Source: an uncultured Candidatus Saccharibacteria bacterium
Lineage (GTDB): Bacteria; Patescibacteriota; Minisyncoccia; JAHIHE01; JAGLIN01
Length of the DNA: 28,662 bases
Direction: 5' to 3'
Assembly: GCA_964490635.1 (NCBI GenBank)
Contig: CAZBCK010000005.1
Location: 1-28,662 of the forward strand
Shown piece after piece: positions 24,778-28,662 of the stretch. Below the pieces are notes generated by a model, which was given only the letters and a program-made list of their open reading frames with translations, did no database searches and was not told the origin of the DNA. Both the position numbers and the translations under genes were made by a program. Within the stretch, counting starts at the first letter, position 1; each line of letters starts with the position of its first letter.

Positions 24778-26526
24778 TTACGGAGACAAAATTCCCTTTG
24801 CATAATCACCATATAAACCAGTTCCAAGCAAACATGTTCCATAATCTAAACTTTCATAACCATCGGAACATAAGGGAACAAAACCGCCCCAGCTGTTTTT
24901 AATAATCCAATATTGATTTACATTGTCGTAGCCAACCAAAACCACAGCATGATTAGGAAATCCGCCGCCACAAGTCCAGATAGCACAACCATCTTTATCG
25001 TTTCCGGGGGAAGGCGGTCCTCCTCCAACATTTATCTCCACATACAAAGGACCATTGTGGACTAAAGCATTCTGTAACTTCGCCTTATTAAACGGAGGAA
25101 GGGTCGTTATGTGGATATTACTACTAACTTTCCATAAATCAATTGGGCTAGCATCATCACATACGGCAGGACAAACACTATTCGCACCAAGATAACTATA
25201 ACAATTTTCGCTTGCTATTCCAGTATCTTTAATAAAGGAAAATGCACATGTCCCCCCTCCGCAATCTGAAAAAGAATGACAAGAAGAAACCAAATATTGT
25301 TCTGAAAGGTCTATATCCAAAGTTGAATTATTTTGCTCTATATTATATTTTGCTTCCATTGATCCAGCTGTAGCAAACGCCCAACAATCATTGCATATCT
25401 GATTTTTAACTGAGGTCATCCAATTTTGACCATTCACATTTCTCCAATCAAAAGAATCTGGAGGAATATGAATATCTATGCTGTCTGTGTCTATCGTGGC
25501 AGCGGCATCAGTAATTATTAAAGTAATTATATGATCCCCGACACTTAAGTTGTTTTTATTAAATGCTTGCAAATTTCCGATATTCCCGTCTAAATTAGAA
25601 TTCCAAGAATAAGTATATGGAGCTGTGCCACCAGCAGCCGAACTATCAAAAGAAACTAAATCTCCACTGCTAAAAGCGTCTTCATCTTTGGGAGAAATAA
25701 TTGACGCTGTTATTAAAGCAGCGGCATTAACCGTGACAACCACCGTATCCATATCTGTCATTCCATCATTATCTATAACTCGCAACTGCGCAGTATATGT
25801 TCCAGCTATCGTGTAAATATGCGTTGTTATTCCAGTAGCCGCATTATTCCAATCATAAGTTCCATCGCCATCAAAATCCCATTCATAATTAACTATTGAT
25901 CCGTCCAGATCTGAAGAAAAAGTGCTGCCGTCAAAATAAACGGTGTCAACATCTTTGTCAACCGTAGCTGAGGTTCCTACCGGACCCGGAGCGTTTCCCA
26001 CGCGAGCATCAGCTATGGGAGAAACGGCAACCGCAGGAGTGGTCACATTAAAATTAGCCTCCTCTATCCTTGGTCCTGCATCACTGAAAGGAGTGGTTAC
26101 TCCTGTTTGATAAATATTGCCCAAAGTATCAGAAGCGGTAATAAATACTTTATAATTTCCAACAGGCAGAGTAGCTGGAATCGTCAAAGTATTTCCATAG
26201 ACATCATTGCCCGCCGCGCCATCATTATGAGCGCCATCATCAAAAAGATTTATGTTAGCTACCGTTGTTCCTCCACCATTTTTTATTTGCGCCCTAACAT
26301 AAATTACTCCTGAAACATCAACTACCGTAGAGGAAATAACAACGCTACTGCCTCTATCTTGATTTCCCGGTACAACACTGGTTCCGCTTACAGTCGGCTC
26401 TGGCTGGTTAGCAACTTCAAAAGAAGCACTTTGGACAAAAGAGATAACTAAAACACCTATCAAGATACTACTTACAATTAATAATAATTTAGCTTTGAAT
26501 TGGCTTATTTTATTTGTTGTAAACAT
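24778..26526 (-). CDS. secreted papain-family (C1A) cysteine protease with N-terminal DDG-motif Ig-like domain and PKD domains
   Basis: 582 aa. Signal/anchor, LFDDGAHNDGAAGNDVYG, PKD (YEWDFDGDG...HIYTIAGTYTAQLRVID), PDSFDWR, QICNDCWAF (catalytic Cys), NHAVVLVGY (His), WIIKNSWG (Asn). Confidence 0.9.
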   Translation of the reverse strand: MFTTNKISQFKAKLLLIVSSILIGVLVISFVQSASFEVANQPEPTVSGTSVVPGNQDRGSSVVISSTVVDVSGVIYVRAQIKNGGGTTVANINLFDDGAHNDGAAGNDVYGNTLTIPATLPVGNYKVFITASDTLGNIYQTGVTTPFSDAGPRIEEANFNVTTPAVAVSPIADARVGNAPGPVGTSATVDKDVDTVYFDGSTFSSDLDGSIVNYEWDFDGDGTYDWNNAATGITTHIYTIAGTYTAQLRVIDNDGMTDMDTVVVTVNAAALITASIISPKDEDAFSSGDLVSFDSSAAGGTAPYTYSWNSNLDGNIGNLQAFNKNNLSVGDHIITLIITDAAATIDTDSIDIHIPPDSFDWRNVNGQNWMTSVKNQICNDCWAFATAGSMEAKYNIEQNNSTLDIDLSEQYLVSSCHSFSDCGGGTCAFSFIKDTGIASENCYSYLGANSVCPAVCDDASPIDLWKVSSNIHITTLPPFNKAKLQNALVHNGPLYVEINVGGGPPSPGNDKDGCAIWTCGGGFPNHAVVLVGYDNVNQYWIIKNSWGGFVPLCSDGYESLDYGTCLLGTGLYGDYAKGILSP

Positions 26527-26548
26527 AAATATTTTTAGTTATTTATTA

Positions 26549-27196
26549 TTAAATGTTTTCCGCTTCAGTACAATTCCCCGCTGTATCACAAGCATCAATA
26601 TCAACAAAGTAAGATCCTAAAGCAACAGACGTCCAAGTGCCTGTATAAAGACTATCCCCAGCCACTAAATCGCCATTCGTACCATCATCAACCAGAGTAA
26701 TAGTAGCGATATCAGGCGATTCGTCAGGATCCTGAATATGGGCTATTGTCGTCGCGGGATTTACTCCCGCAGGAGCCGTAACAGTGGCACTAATAGTAAA
26801 TACAGTTCCAACCGGACCCGAGGGCGGAACGACACTGGCACCGGAAATTGATATAGTTTTCTCTACAAGAATATTATGCATAGTTGATACTATAACATAG
26901 GGAACTAAAACTATTATAAGTCCGATAATAGCAGAAACTACCATTTTCTTTGCTTTTTTCTGCCCATCCGGACTTGATCCGGAAACTGCGTAATAGATGC
27001 CACCAAGAATAAGTATCAACAGAAAGATTCCTCCGATGATTTTCAAAAGATAAAGTGTTAGTTCGTTAACTCTGTCAACAACCGGTCTTTCTAGCCAGGA
27101 AAGCTCAGCGCCAAAAGCGGGAAAAGCGAAAAGCGAAATCGAAAAAATAACAAACGAGAAAAATAATTTCTTTGTGGTTATTTTACACATAGTCAT
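26549..27196 (-). CDS. VirB2/TrbC-like pilin module with a C-terminal DDG-motif Ig-like domain
   Basis: 215 aa. Signal peptide ending PAFG, TM-(GGIYYAVSGSSPDGQKKAKK)-TM, then LVDDGTNGDLVAGDSLYTG. Extended -10 TGTTATAAT at 27224-27232. Confidence 0.8.
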   Translation of the reverse strand: MTMCKITTKKLFFSFVIFSISLFAFPAFGAELSWLERPVVDRVNELTLYLLKIIGGIFLLILILGGIYYAVSGSSPDGQKKAKKMVVSAIIGLIIVLVPYVIVSTMHNILVEKTISISGASVVPPSGPVGTVFTISATVTAPAGVNPATTIAHIQDPDESPDIATITLVDDGTNGDLVAGDSLYTGTWTSVALGSYFVDIDACDTAGNCTEAENI

Positions 27197-27280
27197 AAAA
27201 GATAATAGAATTTTAACATTTTTATTATAACATATTATTTAAAATCAACATAGGTTAAAAATTAGGTTTCATATCCAAAT

Positions 27281-27304
27281 AAAAAGAACGAGCTGTCGCT
27301 CGTC
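27281..27304 (-). terminator. intrinsic terminator of the thioredoxin-fold gene
   Basis: ACGAGC-N4-GCTCGT stem followed by TCTTTTT on the minus strand. Confidence 0.7.
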
Positions 27305-27348
27305 CTCAATTACTTTATATTTTATTTTCAACGAGACCCATAGATCGT

Positions 27349-28455
27349 CTATCCGCAAGATCCGCTATCGTTTCCTCCTGCTTCTCCAAGACCAAATCCG
27401 GGAGATGGAGCAGCTGAAGACAGTTCCGCCTTGCATTCTTCCGGCTGTTCGCTAAACCCGGAACATATAATTTCAAGCAAGCTCTTTGAATCCCTTCCTG
27501 ACTGAACTTTTTTTCCGTTCACAACCAATCCCGGAGATCCCGCAATCGCGTATTTTTCATTATCTTCTTTATAAACATCAAAAATAGGAAATTTTCCGTT
27601 AAGCCAAGTGTCTTTGTTGTTGAAACTTTCCATAACTTTATATTCTTTGTCTGTAGTCGCTACACAGCTTGCCAATTTTGAGGAATTGATTCCAATTTCC
27701 GCAACACATTTATCTGATTCATCCGCTTCAAGAAAACAATTCAGATAATTTTCCAGTTTGCCCTGTTCTTCTTTTTGAATGCAATATTGCCTCAGCTCTT
27801 CCTGCAATTCTTTTTCACCGTGCATAGAGTAAGTACAAAACTTTAACTCAAAATCAATTTTATCACCCAGCGTTTTAAGAACTGGCAATATTCCTTTTTC
27901 AACTTGAGTACCGTAAGGACAATGGCTCATCACAAAAAGTTCAACTACCGGTTTGTCATTTTTTTCCATCTCTAACACTTCTTTTTCCTTTTCAGCTTTT
28001 GCTTTTTTTTCCGCTTCGCGTTTTTGTTTTTCCATTTCCTCAATATCTATAACTTGCGGAAAGAATTTTTTCCCGTCTTTTGTAAGATATGAATTGATTG
28101 GTTCTTGTCCGCTACCAATATCAACAACCACTTTGTATAAGTCTCCTTCTTCAACAAATTCTTTAATCGTTACTTGGCTGCCCTGTGGCATAAGATTCTC
28201 GTTGATAAACGCTTCAATTTTACTTTTATTTTCTTCAGCTGACAAAACTTTTCCTTCCCCTTTCTTTGTGCCAACATCGTTTTTTTGCAGAAAAAACAGC
28301 GCGGAGGCAATTAGCACAAGCGCGAGCAACCCGACAATAAGCATTTTCTTGCTTTTAGCTGTCTTAGACGCAACATATTTTCCTTCCGTTGTTTCCGGCG
28401 TTTTAATTTCTTCATCCCCAAATTTTTTGGCGGTATCGTTTTTTTGTTCTTCCAT
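27349..28455 (-). CDS. membrane-anchored thioredoxin-fold protein (DsbC-N-like plus GILT/DsbA-like domain, monothiol CPYG)
   Basis: 368 aa. One TM, SYLTKDGKKFF (DsbC-N-like), VELFVMSHCPYG, MHGEKE...YCI, AGSP (cis-Pro loop-like) GLVVNG. Confidence 0.8.
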   Translation of the reverse strand: MEEQKNDTAKKFGDEEIKTPETTEGKYVASKTAKSKKMLIVGLLALVLIASALFFLQKNDVGTKKGEGKVLSAEENKSKIEAFINENLMPQGSQVTIKEFVEEGDLYKVVVDIGSGQEPINSYLTKDGKKFFPQVIDIEEMEKQKREAEKKAKAEKEKEVLEMEKNDKPVVELFVMSHCPYGTQVEKGILPVLKTLGDKIDFELKFCTYSMHGEKELQEELRQYCIQKEEQGKLENYLNCFLEADESDKCVAEIGINSSKLASCVATTDKEYKVMESFNNKDTWLNGKFPIFDVYKEDNEKYAIAGSPGLVVNGKKVQSGRDSKSLLEIICSGFSEQPEECKAELSSAAPSPGFGLGEAGGNDSGSCG

Positions 28456-28504
28456 ATTTATTGTCTTATTAATTTATTAAATCCGTACTTTTTAAAGTAA
28501 TGCC

Positions 28505-28532
28505 ATTATAGCATATAATTTTTTTTAGTCAA
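28505..28532 (-). promoter_or_regulatory. strong sigma70 promoter of the thioredoxin-fold gene
   Basis: TTGACT (28532-28527), 16 nt spacer, TGn-TATAAT (28510-28505). The spacer contains an 8-nt homopolymer. Confidence 0.7.
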
Positions 28533-28662
28533 CTTCATGTACAAGACAAGTACAAAAACTCTACACATAACTATTGTTCTCTTTCTTGCATATAATTAGT
28601 AACTATATTGTAAGATATAATAGCGTTGTTTATACTTTTGGATTAAAATAGAAAATATAATC

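Noticed and set aside
24705-24842. Track start of the DUF333 ORF at 24842
   Set aside because: It overlaps the protease 3' end and buries the signal peptide. ATG 24704 or 24668 fits better.
26965-26990. TCCGGACTTGATCCGGAA inside the pilin gene, resembling the 18289-18464 repeat
   Set aside because: It encodes SGSSPDG, a motif conserved at protein level in the paralogue (SGSNPDG) with different codons, so the match is coincidental.
173-28480. The remaining short ORFs in the track that overlap called genes (e.g. 3302-3721, 5801-6331, 14672-15205, 27953-28480)
   Set aside because: Antisense or off-frame to well-supported genes, with the Ser/Ile/Phe-rich composition typical of shadows.
1-28662. 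TGA recoding (code 25), CRISPR array, rRNA/tRNA, integron attC array, DGR
   Set aside because: TGA ends genes at their expected family C-termini. No regularly spaced direct repeats, RNA gene folds, integrase, reverse transcriptase or template/variable repeat pair was seen.

Overview
AT-rich bacterial DNA read in standard code 11 (several clear genes end in TGA). Gene content suggests a Patescibacteria/CPR (Parcubacteria-like) genome; this taxonomy is inference only. Left to right: an AAA+/DUF4143 ATPase, a Na+/Pi cotransporter split by one homopolymer frameshift, a GT4 glycosyltransferase, and an 8-gene minus-strand envelope module (ECF sigma, probable anti-sigma, two exported proteins, MacA/MacB-like ABC exporter, Cys/His DUF4405-like membrane protein). 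Then a cold-shock protein, TrmO, an ISL3-like remnant, an ABC importer with no binding-protein gene in the window, a small orphan ORF with a long structured leader, a mini TsaB-like gene, a DUF2238-like membrane protein, a beta-propeller protein and RfbD. The right-hand 6.4 kb is the most interesting part. It is a domain-shuffled surface locus with two paralogous VirB2/TrbC-like pilin modules carrying different passengers (one with about 44 Cys), a secreted papain-family protease that shares an Ig-like domain with one pilin, a Cys-rich DUF333 protein and a monothiol DsbC/GILT-like oxidoreductase. Intergenic DNA holds at least six unrelated palindromic/REP-like elements. A 35-45 nt element also recurs at the same distance from the start codons of two unrelated transporter genes. 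No rRNA, tRNA or CRISPR array was found. All family names come from motif recognition, not database searches.
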